Both the position numbers and the translations under genes were made by a program. A DNA stretch of 64,000 nt from Stenotrophomonas sp. GTDB taxonomy: Bacteria > Pseudomonadota > Gammaproteobacteria > Xanthomonadales > Xanthomonadaceae. The stretch spans positions 67,668-131,667 of the forward strand of contig NZ_DASQCB010000019.1 in NCBI RefSeq assembly GCF_035634915.1, given 5' to 3'. This document shows positions 1-9,164 of the stretch, piece by piece (the first letter of the stretch is position 1; the number at the start of each line of letters is the position of its first letter). The notes beneath the pieces are model-generated. The model made no database searches, had not been told where the DNA came from, and worked only from the letters and a program-made list of their open reading frames with translations.

Positions 1-2633
1 TCGGTGGCGGTGACTACGCCATGCGCGCCTGGCTGGACCCGGACAAGGTGGCCTCGCGCGGCCTGACCGCCAGCGACGTGGTCGCCGCCATGCGCGAGCA
101 GAACGTGCAGGTCTCGGCCGGCCAGCTCGGTGCGGAACCGCTGCCCAACAGCCAGTTCCTGACCCTGATCAATGCCCAGGGCCGCCTGAAGTCCGAGAAG
201 GAATTCGGCGACATCGTTCTCAAGAGCGGCACCGATGGCGAGATCGTGCGCCTGTCCGATGTGGCCCGCGTGGAACTGGGCGCCGGCGACTACACCCTGC
301 GCTCGCAGCTGGACGGCAAGAACGCCGTGGGCATCGGCATCTTCCAGGCACCGGGCGCCAACGCGCTGGAAATCCGTGATGCGGTCATCGGCACCATGGA
401 CGAGATGCAGAAGACCATGCCGTCCGACGTGAAGTACGAAGCGGTGTATGACACCACCATCTTCGTGCGTGACTCGATCAAGGCCGTGGTCTCCACCCTG
501 CTCGAAGCCATCGCCCTGGTGGTGCTGGTGGTGATCCTGTTCCTGCAGACCTGGCGTGCCTCGATCATTCCGCTGATCGCCGTGCCGGTGTCGGTGGTGG
601 GTACCTTCGCTGCGCTGTACCTGCTGGGTTTCTCGATCAACACGCTGAGCCTGTTCGGCCTGGTGCTGGCGATCGGCATCGTGGTCGACGATGCGATCGT
701 GGTCGTCGAAAACGTTGAACGCAACATCGAGGAAGGCCTCACCCCACTCGCAGCGGCCCACCAGGCCATGCGCGAAGTGTCCGGCCCGATCATCGCGATC
801 GCCCTGGTGCTGTGCGCCGTGTTCGTGCCGATGGCCTTCCTGTCCGGCGTCACCGGCCAGTTCTACAAGCAGTTCGCGGTCACCATCGCCATTTCCACGG
901 TGATCTCGGCGATCAACTCGCTGACCCTGTCGCCGGCCCTGGCCGCGCGCCTGCTGAAGCCGCATGACGCTGCCAAGGATGCGCCGACGCGCATCATCGA
1001 CCGCCTGTTCGGCTGGGTGTTCCGTCCGTTCAACCGCTTCTTCAAGTCCAGTTCGGAAAAGTACGAGCGTGGCGTGTCGAAGATCCTCGGCCGTCGTGGT
1101 GCGGTGTTCGTGGTCTACGCGATCCTGCTGGTCGGTACCGGCATGATCTTCAAGCTGGTGCCGCCGGGCTTCATCCCGACCCAGGACAAGCTGTACCTGA
1201 TCGCCGGCGTGAAGCTGCCGGAAGGCTCGTCGATCGCCCGTACCGATGAAATGCTGCGCAAGGTCGCCAGGATCGCCCAGGAAACCGATGGCGTTGCCCA
1301 CACCATTTCGTTCCCGGGCCTGAACGCGCTGCAGTTCACCAACACGCCCAACACCGGCGTGGCGTTCATTCCGCTCAAGCCGTTCGCCGAGCGTCATGGC
1401 CGTACCGCTGCGCAGATCAATGCCGAGATCAACCAGAAGATCGCCGGGCTGCAGGAAGGCTTCGCCTTCGCGATGATGCCGCCGCCGATCCTCGGCCTGG
1501 GCAACGGCAACGGCTACCAGATGTTCATCCAGGACCGTGGCAACCTGGGTTACGGCGCGTTGCAGAATGCCGTGCAGGCGATGCAGGGCACCGTCGCGCA
1601 GACCCCGGGCATGGCCTTCCCGATCACCAGCTACCAGGCCAACGTGCCGCAGCTGGATGCGGAAGTGGACCGCGTCAAGGCCAAGGCCCAGGGCGTGCAG
1701 CTCACCGAGCTGTTCGACACCCTGCAGACCTACCTGGGTTCGGCCTACGTCAACGACTTCAACCAGTTCGGTCGTACCTGGCAGGTGATCGCCCAGGCCG
1801 ATGGCCCGTTCCGCGAGAGCGTCGAAGACATCGGCAAGCTGCGTACCCGCAATGATCGCGGCGAGATGGTGCCGATCGGTTCGATGGTCACCGTCAAGCA
1901 GACCTTCGGCCCGGACCCGGTGCTGCGCTTCAACGGCTACCCGGCCGCCGACCTGGCCGGTGAAGCCGATCCGCGCCTGCTGTCCTCGGCCGAAGCGATG
2001 AACAAGCTGACCGAGATCGCCGGCAAGGTGCTGCCGGTGGGCATGACCACCGAATGGACCGACCTGAGCTACCAGCAGGCCACCCAGGGCAAGGCTGCCT
2101 TCATCGTGTTCCCGGTGGCGATCATGCTGGCCTTCCTGGTGCTGGCGGCGCTGTACGAAAGCTGGTCGCTGCCGCTGGCGGTGATCCTGATCGTGCCGAT
2201 GACCCTGCTGTCGGCCCTGTTTGGCGTGTGGATGACCGGTGGTGACAACAACGTGTTCGTGCAGGTCGGCCTGGTGGTGCTGATGGGCCTGGCGTGCAAG
2301 AACGCGATCCTGATCGTCGAGTTCGCTCGAGAACTGGAAATGGGCGGCAAGGGCATCGTTGAAGCGGCGCTGGAAGCCTGCCGCCTGCGTCTGCGTCCGA
2401 TCGTGATGACCTCCATCGCGTTCATCGCCGGCACCGTGCCGCTGGTGCTGTCCCACGGTGCAGGCGCCGAAGTGCGCTCTGTCACCGGCATCACGGTGTT
2501 TGCCGGCATGCTGGGCGTGACCCTGTTCGGTCTGTTCCTGACCCCGGTGTTCTACGTGGCCCTGCGCAAGTTCGTCACCCGCAACGGCGGTGGCCAGCTG
2601 GTGCAGCACGGCGATCCCACCCTCCATCACTGA
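1..2633 (+). CDS. smeW: RND multidrug efflux permease (AcrB/MexB type), 5' end outside window
   Basis: The frame of ORF 21..2633 stays open to the window edge. The translation is a large multi-TM RND sequence. It is followed by an SDR gene and a NodT-type OMP gene, the order known for S. maltophilia smeU1-V-W-U2-X. Confidence 0.85.
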   Translation, partial: GGGDYAMRAWLDPDKVASRGLTASDVVAAMREQNVQVSAGQLGAEPLPNSQFLTLINAQGRLKSEKEFGDIVLKSGTDGEIVRLSDVARVELGAGDYTLRSQLDGKNAVGIGIFQAPGANALEIRDAVIGTMDEMQKTMPSDVKYEAVYDTTIFVRDSIKAVVSTLLEAIALVVLVVILFLQTWRASIIPLIAVPVSVVGTFAALYLLGFSINTLSLFGLVLAIGIVVDDAIVVVENVERNIEEGLTPLAAAHQAMREVSGPIIAIALVLCAVFVPMAFLSGVTGQFYKQFAVTIAISTVISAINSLTLSPALAARLLKPHDAAKDAPTRIIDRLFGWVFRPFNRFFKSSSEKYERGVSKILGRRGAVFVVYAILLVGTGMIFKLVPPGFIPTQDKLYLIAGVKLPEGSSIARTDEMLRKVARIAQETDGVAHTISFPGLNALQFTNTPNTGVAFIPLKPFAERHGRTAAQINAEINQKIAGLQEGFAFAMMPPPILGLGNGNGYQMFIQDRGNLGYGALQNAVQAMQGTVAQTPGMAFPITSYQANVPQLDAEVDRVKAKAQGVQLTELFDTLQTYLGSAYVNDFNQFGRTWQVIAQADGPFRESVEDIGKLRTRNDRGEMVPIGSMVTVKQTFGPDPVLRFNGYPAADLAGEADPRLLSSAEAMNKLTEIAGKVLPVGMTTEWTDLSYQQATQGKAAFIVFPVAIMLAFLVLAALYESWSLPLAVILIVPMTLLSALFGVWMTGGDNNVFVQVGLVVLMGLACKNAILIVEFARELEMGGKGIVEAALEACRLRLRPIVMTSIAFIAGTVPLVLSHGAGAEVRSVTGITVFAGMLGVTLFGLFLTPVFYVALRKFVTRNGGGQLVQHGDPTLHH

Positions 2634-2696
2634 CATGCACTCCCGCGGTCGCCGCCCCGAGCGGCGGCCGCTTCCCCCAAACCAAGGCATGAATCC

Positions 2697-3434
2697 ATGA
2701 ACACCCATCAGAACAAGATCGCGCTGGTCACCGGCGCCACCCGTGGCATCGGCCTGGAAACCGTGCGCCAGCTGGCCCAGGCCGGCGTGCACACGCTGCT
2801 GGCCGGCCGCAAGCGCGAGACCGCGGTGGAGCAGGCATTGCTGCTGCAGGGCGAAGGCCTGCCGGTGGAAGCCATCCAGCTGGACGTGACCGATGCCGCC
2901 AGCATCGCCGAGGCCGTCGAGCAGGTGCGCCAGCGCCACGGCCGCCTGGACATCCTGGTCAACAACGCCGGCATCATGATCGAGAACCCGGCGCAGGCGC
3001 CGTCCGAGCAGTCGCTGGATACCTGGCACCGCACCTTCGACACCAACGTGTTCGCGCTGGTCGCGGTCACCCAGGCCTTCCTGCCGCTGGTCAAGCAGGC
3101 CAAGTCCGGCCGCATCGTCAACGTGTCCAGCATGCTCGGCTCGCAGACCCTGCACGCCGACCCGACGTCGGGCATCTACGATTTCAAGGTTCCCGCCTAC
3201 AACGCCTCCAAGGCAGCGGTGAACAGCTGGACGCTGGCCCTGGCCTACGAGCTGCGCAACACGCCGATCAAGGTCAACACCGTGCACCCCGGCTACGTGA
3301 AGACCGACATGAACGGTGGCAACGGCGAGATCGAGATCAGCGAGGGCGCGCGTTCCAGCGTGGAAATGGCGCTGATCGGCGAAGCCGGTGCCAGCGGCAG
3401 CTTCACCTACCTGGGCGAGGTGCTGCCATGGTGA
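2697..3434 (+). CDS. smeU2: short-chain dehydrogenase/reductase embedded in the RND operon
   Basis: 245 aa with Rossmann motif TGATRGIG, NNAG, and catalytic Y-x3-K (YNASK). It lies between the pump and OMP genes. Confidence 0.85.
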   Translation: MNTHQNKIALVTGATRGIGLETVRQLAQAGVHTLLAGRKRETAVEQALLLQGEGLPVEAIQLDVTDAASIAEAVEQVRQRHGRLDILVNNAGIMIENPAQAPSEQSLDTWHRTFDTNVFALVAVTQAFLPLVKQAKSGRIVNVSSMLGSQTLHADPTSGIYDFKVPAYNASKAAVNSWTLALAYELRNTPIKVNTVHPGYVKTDMNGGNGEIEISEGARSSVEMALIGEAGASGSFTYLGEVLPW

Positions 3435-4849
3435 TCCGCACGTTGGCGGTGGCCATCTCCAGCCTGGTGCTGGCAGGGTGTGTCAGCGTCGGCCCCAACT
3501 ACACGGCCCCGGCGCAGGAGCCGGTGGTCCTGCAGGGCGCGCAGCAGGCGGTGTTCACCACCGCTTCGCCGGTGGCCAGCTGGTGGGCCCAGTTCGATGA
3601 TCCGGTGCTGGAAGAACTGGTGCACGGCGCACTGTCGGAGAACCTGGACCTGCGCGTGGCCGTGGCCCGCGTCAGCCAGGCCCGCGCGGTATTCGTCGAA
3701 AGCCGCTTCGACCAGGCCCCGCACATCACCGCTGACGGCAGCTACGACCGCCGCAGGCAACCCGATCCGCAGCTGGGTGGGCAGCGGGTGTTCAGTGAAA
3801 GCTACCAGCTCGGCTTCGATGCGGGCTGGGAGCTGGATCTGTTCGGCCGCAAGCGCCGTGCTGCAGAAGCCGCACGCGCCGATCTCGGTGCCGAGCAGGC
3901 CAATCTGGCCGATGCGCAGGTGCTGGTCGCCGCCGAAGTGGCACGCAACTACTTCGAGCTGCGCGGTACCCAGAAACGCATCGCGGTGGCCCAGCACACG
4001 CTGGAAAACCTGCGCGATACGCAGAAACTGACCGAAGCACGCTGGGAGCTGGGTGCCGGCAGCGAACTGGATGTGCAGAGCAGCCGCGCCCGCCTGAAGG
4101 CGATCGAGGCCGATATCCCGCTGCTGGAAGTGTCCGAGGCACAGTCGCGCAACCGTCTGGCGGTGCTGCTGGGCCAGCGCCCGGAAGTGCTGACCGCGAT
4201 GCTGGCGCCGCAGGACGTGCCGGCGTTTGCCAAGGCGCTGCCGCTGGGCGACACCCGCGAACTGCTGCGCCAGCGTGCCGATGTGCGCGTGGCCGAACGT
4301 CGCCTTGCTGCCGCCACCGCGCGTGTCGGCGTGGCCACGGCCGACCTGTTCCCGCGGCTGTCGCTGTCCGGTTTCGTGGGCTTCCTCGGCGGCGATGCCA
4401 GTGGCCTGGTCAACGGCAACAACAAGGCCTGGTCGCTGACCCCATCCATCAGCTGGGCCGCGTTCGACTTCGGCACCGTGCGCGCACGCCTGCGTGCCAG
4501 CAAGGCCGAGGCCGAAGGCGTGGCCGCGCAGTACGAGCAGGCCGTGCTGCTGGCGCTGGAAGACACCGAGAACGCGCTGACGCGCTACGCCAAGCAGCAG
4601 GCGCGGCTGGCCATCGTGGTCGAGCAGGCGCAGGCGGCGCGGCGTGCCGAATCGCTTGCGCAGATCCGCTTCCGCGAGGGTTCGGAGGACTTCCTGACCC
4701 TGCTGGATGCGCAGCGCACGCAGCTGGCCGCCGACGATGCACTGGCCGCGGCCGAGGCCGAAGTCAACGTCAGTGTGGTCGGTGTCTACAAGGCACTGGG
4801 CGGCTGGGGGCAGTCGCCACAGGCAACGAGCGTGGCTCAGGTGCAGTAG
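3428..4849 (+). CDS. smeX: efflux outer-membrane lipoprotein, NodT/OprM family
   Basis: 473 aa with lipobox LVLAGC and a two-repeat OMF-like sequence. The start overlaps the smeU2 stop (ATGGTGA). Confidence 0.85.
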   Translation: MVIRTLAVAISSLVLAGCVSVGPNYTAPAQEPVVLQGAQQAVFTTASPVASWWAQFDDPVLEELVHGALSENLDLRVAVARVSQARAVFVESRFDQAPHITADGSYDRRRQPDPQLGGQRVFSESYQLGFDAGWELDLFGRKRRAAEAARADLGAEQANLADAQVLVAAEVARNYFELRGTQKRIAVAQHTLENLRDTQKLTEARWELGAGSELDVQSSRARLKAIEADIPLLEVSEAQSRNRLAVLLGQRPEVLTAMLAPQDVPAFAKALPLGDTRELLRQRADVRVAERRLAAATARVGVATADLFPRLSLSGFVGFLGGDASGLVNGNNKAWSLTPSISWAAFDFGTVRARLRASKAEAEGVAAQYEQAVLLALEDTENALTRYAKQQARLAIVVEQAQAARRAESLAQIRFREGSEDFLTLLDAQRTQLAADDALAAAEAEVNVSVVGVYKALGGWGQSPQATSVAQVQ

Positions 4850-4872
4850 GCCCGGGCCTGCAGTACCCGCAC

Positions 4873-4909
4873 GGGGACGGATGCGAAGGCATCCGTCCCC
4901 GTGTTGTGT
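4873..4909 (+). terminator. rho-independent terminator after smeX
   Basis: 12-bp stem GGGGACGGATGC/GCATCCGTCCCC with loop GAAG, followed by GTGTTGTGT. Confidence 0.6.
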
Positions 4910-4999
4910 CTGGCCACGTTGCCGCAGTGACGCTTCTGACTCTGCCGGAACGGCCGCCCGCCGTAGTAACTAATAGGCGGATTTCAAGGAGGGGCGGCA

Positions 5000-5263
5000 A
5001 TGAATGACGACAAGCAATCAACCCAGCGGCTGCTGTTCGGTGACCCCGGGCTGCCGGGCGCGGGCCTGTCCGTAGCGGTGGTGGCGTTGCTGGTACTGGC
5101 CGTGCTGGCCGTGGGCATCGGCTTCCTGCGCCTGCCGGATTCGATGCTTGGGCCGGGCCTGGTCGGCATTGGCCTGTTCCTGGCCATTGGTGCACGCATC
5201 TGCCAGGCCCGTGACCAGCACCAGGCGCTGTATCGCCTGCTGGGAGGGCGGCGGCCATCCTGA
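5000..5263 (+). CDS. small hypothetical membrane protein (2 predicted TM)
   Basis: 87-aa ORF preceded by AAGGAGG. Contains two hydrophobic stretches. No family recognised. Confidence 0.45.
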   Translation: MNDDKQSTQRLLFGDPGLPGAGLSVAVVALLVLAVLAVGIGFLRLPDSMLGPGLVGIGLFLAIGARICQARDQHQALYRLLGGRRPS

Positions 5264-5296
5264 CGATGGCCGCACGCAGGTCATGCCTGCAGTCGA

Positions 5297-6154
5297 TCAG
5301 CGCTTCGGCCAGTCCAGTTCAACCACCAGCGGGAAGTGGTCCGAGGGCAGCACGCCGCCGATGCGGCGGTCATCGGTGGTGAAGCGGCGGGCGTGGAAGC
5401 CGCGCACCAGCACCCAGTCCAGCTGCACGGTGGCCTTGCCGGTGAAATCGTGGAAGGTCTCGCGCGGGCCCTGCGGTGCCTTCACCTGGGTGCGGGTGTC
5501 CTGCAGCACGCGCGTGAAGGCCTTGTAGGTCTCGCTGCCCGGCTCGGTATTGAAATCACCGGTCAGCACCACCGGCAGGTCGGCCGGCAGCGTGCCCAGG
5601 CGCGTGGCGATGAGTTCAGCACCCTTGAGGCGGCGTGGCTCGTCCTCGTCGCGGTAGGGCAGGTGGGTGTCCATGAAATAGAAACGACGGCCATCGTCGA
5701 GGCGGCGGAACAGTGCCCACGTGACCATGCGCGGGTAGAGGTTGCCCCAGGTGATGCTGCCTGGCACGTCCGGCGTATCGGACAGCCAGAAATCGCCCGA
5801 CTGCTCGATCGCCAGCACCTTGCTGTCGTAGAACACACCCATGTGCTCGTCGCCCTCGCCACCACGGCGGCCCTGGCCGAACCAGCGGTAGCCGGGCAGG
5901 TGGGCGGCCAGGTAGGTCGCCTGTTCCTGCACCAGCTCCTGCGTGCCGATCACGGCCGGATGTGCATCGAGGATGACCTTGACCATCGCATCGCGGCGGT
6001 CGTCCCAGCGCTTGCCGGGCTCGGTATCGGCCGGGGTGCGTACGTTGAACGACATCACTTTCAACGGCGCGGGCGGTTGGGCTGCCCAGGCAGCCACGGG
6101 CAGAGCAAGGGCCAGCAGTGCGCAGAGTGCAGGCCGGCGAAGACGCGGGAACAT
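5297..6154 (-). CDS. secreted endonuclease/exonuclease/phosphatase (EEP) family protein
   Basis: Motifs LKVMSFNVR near the N-terminus and SDHFPLVVELDW at the C-terminus. Signal peptide MFPRLRRPALCALLALALPVAAWA. Start moved to Met15 of ORF 5297..6196. Confidence 0.75.
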   Translation of the reverse strand: MFPRLRRPALCALLALALPVAAWAAQPPAPLKVMSFNVRTPADTEPGKRWDDRRDAMVKVILDAHPAVIGTQELVQEQATYLAAHLPGYRWFGQGRRGGEGDEHMGVFYDSKVLAIEQSGDFWLSDTPDVPGSITWGNLYPRMVTWALFRRLDDGRRFYFMDTHLPYRDEDEPRRLKGAELIATRLGTLPADLPVVLTGDFNTEPGSETYKAFTRVLQDTRTQVKAPQGPRETFHDFTGKATVQLDWVLVRGFHARRFTTDDRRIGGVLPSDHFPLVVELDWPKR

Positions 6155-6289
6155 CGTGGAATCCCTCCATTCCATGAAAACGGTTTCACGGAGCATGCCA
6201 TGGAACGGGCGGAGGTGGTGTGCCGGGATGGGCGGCTGGCGAACGCCGGGCGGTCACGGGGGCCGCCCGGCGAACCGGCTGGTGCGCGA

Positions 6290-6538
6290 TCAGGGGTCGT
6301 AGATCATCCCGTTTTCGTCGCGGTTGTAGTGGTCGCTGACCTCGCGCGTGCCGTCGTCGTAGATGACGTAGGCCGTGCAGGCCTGGTGGTACTGGCCTCC
6401 CATGCGGATGGGCACGCACTCTTCCTCCCATCCGACCACCTCGGCGGCATTCGCCGGGATTGCCGGGGCCATCGCCGCCAGCGCCAGCACGGCGCCGAAC
6501 GAACTTGCAAGCATCTTCCTGTGCAGCATCGAGCACAC
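6290..6538 (-). CDS. small secreted two-cysteine protein, paralog 1
   Basis: 82 aa with a signal peptide ending ANA. The mature part ECVPIRMGGQYHQAC... resembles the neighbouring ORF. An internal Met start is possible. Confidence 0.55.
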   Translation of the reverse strand: MCSMLHRKMLASSFGAVLALAAMAPAIPANAAEVVGWEEECVPIRMGGQYHQACTAYVIYDDGTREVSDHYNRDENGMIYDP

Positions 6539-6594
6539 TCCTTATGTCAGAGTTCCTGAACGCGCTTTGGAGAGGGCCTCGGAGGCCGACGGCC

Positions 6595-6843
6595 TCAGTC
6601 AGCCGGGATGTACCAGGTACCGTTCTGGTCGATCCAGTACTCCGAGGTGTAGACCGAGCCATCGGGCAGGGTGTGGGTGACCGTGCAGTGCTGGTGCACC
6701 ACGTTCCATCCCATCCTTACCGGCACGCACTGGGTGGTCGACGTTCCCGGAAGCCCGGCGGCCGAGACACCGGCCGGGGAAATGGCTGCTGCGGCCAACA
6801 TCAGTGCTGCCAGCGGAGCCAGTTGCAGTTTCATAAGCATCAT
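6595..6843 (-). CDS. small secreted two-cysteine protein, paralog 2
   Basis: These are the last 82 codons of track ORF 6595..7935 (MMLMKLQLAPLAALMLAAAA...). The mature part QCVPVRMGWNVVHQHC... aligns with 6290..6538. Confidence 0.6.
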   Translation of the reverse strand: MMLMKLQLAPLAALMLAAAAISPAGVSAAGLPGTSTTQCVPVRMGWNVVHQHCTVTHTLPDGSVYTSEYWIDQNGTWYIPAD

Positions 6844-7023
6844 CCTTGCTTTCTGCAATCGCGCACATGCGCAGGCCCTGTGTAGCACGGAGCGGGCAGG
6901 GCGGGTAGTGTCTGCGCAGCGCGCGGCCGTGACGCGATTGACGCATTTCGACACGTCGGGAAAGATACGCCCCTGTTCCGGGCCAGCCATATCGCCACGC
7001 CCTCCCCCCCAAGAGGAGTTCAC

Positions 7024-9132
7024 GTGCTGAGATATTCGCGGCTGACGGTCGCCATTTCGTTGCTGGTCTGCGCCCACGCCCACGCCGAACAGGCCCCGCC
7101 CGAGGCACAGACGCTGGACAAGGTCGTCGTGACCGCCTCGCGTACCGGCCAGGACGCGGCCACCGCGCCGCAGACCGTGGTCATCATCGGCAAGGAGCAG
7201 ATCGAGCAGCAGCTGCGCCTCAGCAGCAATTCGTCCGATGTGCTGTCCAGCCTGCTGCCGTCCTACACGCCCAGCCGCGGCAAGATGAACGGCAGTGGCG
7301 AGACCCTGCGTGGGCGCACGCCGCTGATCCTGGTCGATGGCATCCCGCAGTCGAACCCGCTGCGCCCGACCGGCCGCGAAGCGCACACCATCGATTACGC
7401 GCTGGTGGAGCGCATCGAAGTCATCCAGGGCGCCAATGCCATGAATGGCCTGGGCGCCACCGGCGGCACCATCAACCTCATCACCCGGCGTCCGGAACCG
7501 GGTGCGGTCAACCAGCACGTGGGCGTGCAGGCCACGCTGCCCACGTCCGAGGTGCGCGGTGAAACCGCCGGCTACCGCGCCGATTACCGCATCAGCGGCA
7601 GCAAGGGAAAGTGGGATTACCTGCTGGGCGCCGGCTATGAAGACCAGGGCCTGTGGGTGGATGGCGATGGCACGCCGATTGGCGTGGATGTCACCCAGGG
7701 CGACCTGATGTCGACCCGCGCCTACGACCTGCACGCCAAGCTGGGCTACTGGATCGACGACAACCAGGAACTGCAGTTCAGCAGCAACCGCTACCGCATC
7801 AAGTCCAAGGCCGAGTACCTGCCGGTGGCCGGCAACCGCGACCTGGGCATTCCCACCACCTCGGTGCGTGGCACGCCGCCGGGCACCCCGGCCTGGAACG
7901 ATGCCTGGACCACTGGCCTGAGCTACACCCATCACGACCTGGCGGGCATGGAGCTGAAGGCGATGGTGTTCAACCAGGAATTCGAAGGCCTGTTCGGCGC
8001 CGACAATTCGTCCACCTTCCAGGACCCGCTGATCGCACCGGTCGGGACCTTGTATGACCAGTCGCGCTCGACCGCCTCCAAGTGGGGCTCCAAGACCAGC
8101 CTGGGCCGCGATGACCTGCTCGGCGGCGACCTGAAGATCACCGCTGGCGTGGACACGCTGCGCGACAGTGGCAAGCAGGATCTGTACGGCACCGGCCGCA
8201 CCTACGTGCCCGATTCGCGCTACAGCAGCGTGGCCGGCTTCGTGCAGGCCGACTACAAGTTGCTGCCGCAGCTGACCGTGCAGGGCGGCTGGCGCCGCGA
8301 AGAGGCCGACCTGCGCATCGACAGCTACACCACGCTGTACCGCTACAACCGCGTGGCGGTGCAGGGCGGCAAGCTCAAGTTCCGGCAGAACCTGCGCAAC
8401 ATCGGCCTGGTGTACGCGCCGACCGGTCGCTTCAACACCTTCGTCAGCTATTCCGAGGGCTTCGGCATGCCCGATGTCGGCCGCGTGCTGCGTTCGATCA
8501 ACACGCCGGGCACCAACGTGGAATCGCTGCGTTCCTTGCAGCCGCTGCTGACCCGCAACAGCGAGATCGGCGTGCGCTACCGCTCGCCGTCATGGGAAGC
8601 CGAAGCCAGCGCGTTCCAGTCGCGCTCGGAATACGGCACGCGCGTCATCGCAGTCGACGGCGCATTCCAGCTCGCCCGCGAGAAGACGGCCATCGAAGGC
8701 CTGGATGCGAGCGTGCGTTATCGTCTGAATGATGCGCACCGCCTCGGCCTGTCCTATGCCTGGACCCGCGGGCGCTACGACAGCAATGCCGATGGCCGGC
8801 TCGACGCGCGTCTGGATGGCCTGAACATCGCGCCCAACCGCGTCATCGCCACCTGGTCGGCGCAGTGGACGCCGGAGCTGTCGACGTTCCTGCAGGGGCA
8901 GTATGCCTTCAGCCGCACCTTCGACGAAGCCGCCAAGGAGTTCAGCGGCTACGCGCTGTTTGATCTCGGCGTGGACTATCGGCTTGCCAGGGGCAAAGTG
9001 AACCTGGGCATCGCCAACCTGCTAGACCGCCAGTACATCACCTACTACTCGCAGAGCGCGCTGATCGAGCCGGCGCGGTATTTTGCCGGGCGTGGGCGCA
9101 CGGTGACTGTGGGTTACAGCCTGGATTTCTGA
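7024..9132 (+). CDS. TonB-dependent outer-membrane receptor
   Basis: 702 aa with a signal peptide, a plug region (DKVVVTASRTGQ...) and a beta-barrel ending in a terminal aromatic residue (...GYSLDF). GTG start. Confidence 0.85.
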   Translation: MLRYSRLTVAISLLVCAHAHAEQAPPEAQTLDKVVVTASRTGQDAATAPQTVVIIGKEQIEQQLRLSSNSSDVLSSLLPSYTPSRGKMNGSGETLRGRTPLILVDGIPQSNPLRPTGREAHTIDYALVERIEVIQGANAMNGLGATGGTINLITRRPEPGAVNQHVGVQATLPTSEVRGETAGYRADYRISGSKGKWDYLLGAGYEDQGLWVDGDGTPIGVDVTQGDLMSTRAYDLHAKLGYWIDDNQELQFSSNRYRIKSKAEYLPVAGNRDLGIPTTSVRGTPPGTPAWNDAWTTGLSYTHHDLAGMELKAMVFNQEFEGLFGADNSSTFQDPLIAPVGTLYDQSRSTASKWGSKTSLGRDDLLGGDLKITAGVDTLRDSGKQDLYGTGRTYVPDSRYSSVAGFVQADYKLLPQLTVQGGWRREEADLRIDSYTTLYRYNRVAVQGGKLKFRQNLRNIGLVYAPTGRFNTFVSYSEGFGMPDVGRVLRSINTPGTNVESLRSLQPLLTRNSEIGVRYRSPSWEAEASAFQSRSEYGTRVIAVDGAFQLAREKTAIEGLDASVRYRLNDAHRLGLSYAWTRGRYDSNADGRLDARLDGLNIAPNRVIATWSAQWTPELSTFLQGQYAFSRTFDEAAKEFSGYALFDLGVDYRLARGKVNLGIANLLDRQYITYYSQSALIEPARYFAGRGRTVTVGYSLDF

Positions 9133-9140
9133 GGCAAAGC

Positions 9141-9164
9141 GCGGGCAGGATCATTCCTGCCCGC
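9141..9164. terminator. hairpin between convergent genes (possible bidirectional terminator)
   Basis: GCGGGCAGGA-TCAT-TCCTGCCCGC overlapping the stop of the minus-strand gene. Confidence 0.35.

Noticed and set aside
6844-7023. A Fur box upstream of the TonB-dependent receptor gene.
   Set aside because: The region is GC-rich and contains nothing resembling GATAATGATAATCATTATC. Iron regulation cannot be inferred from sequence.
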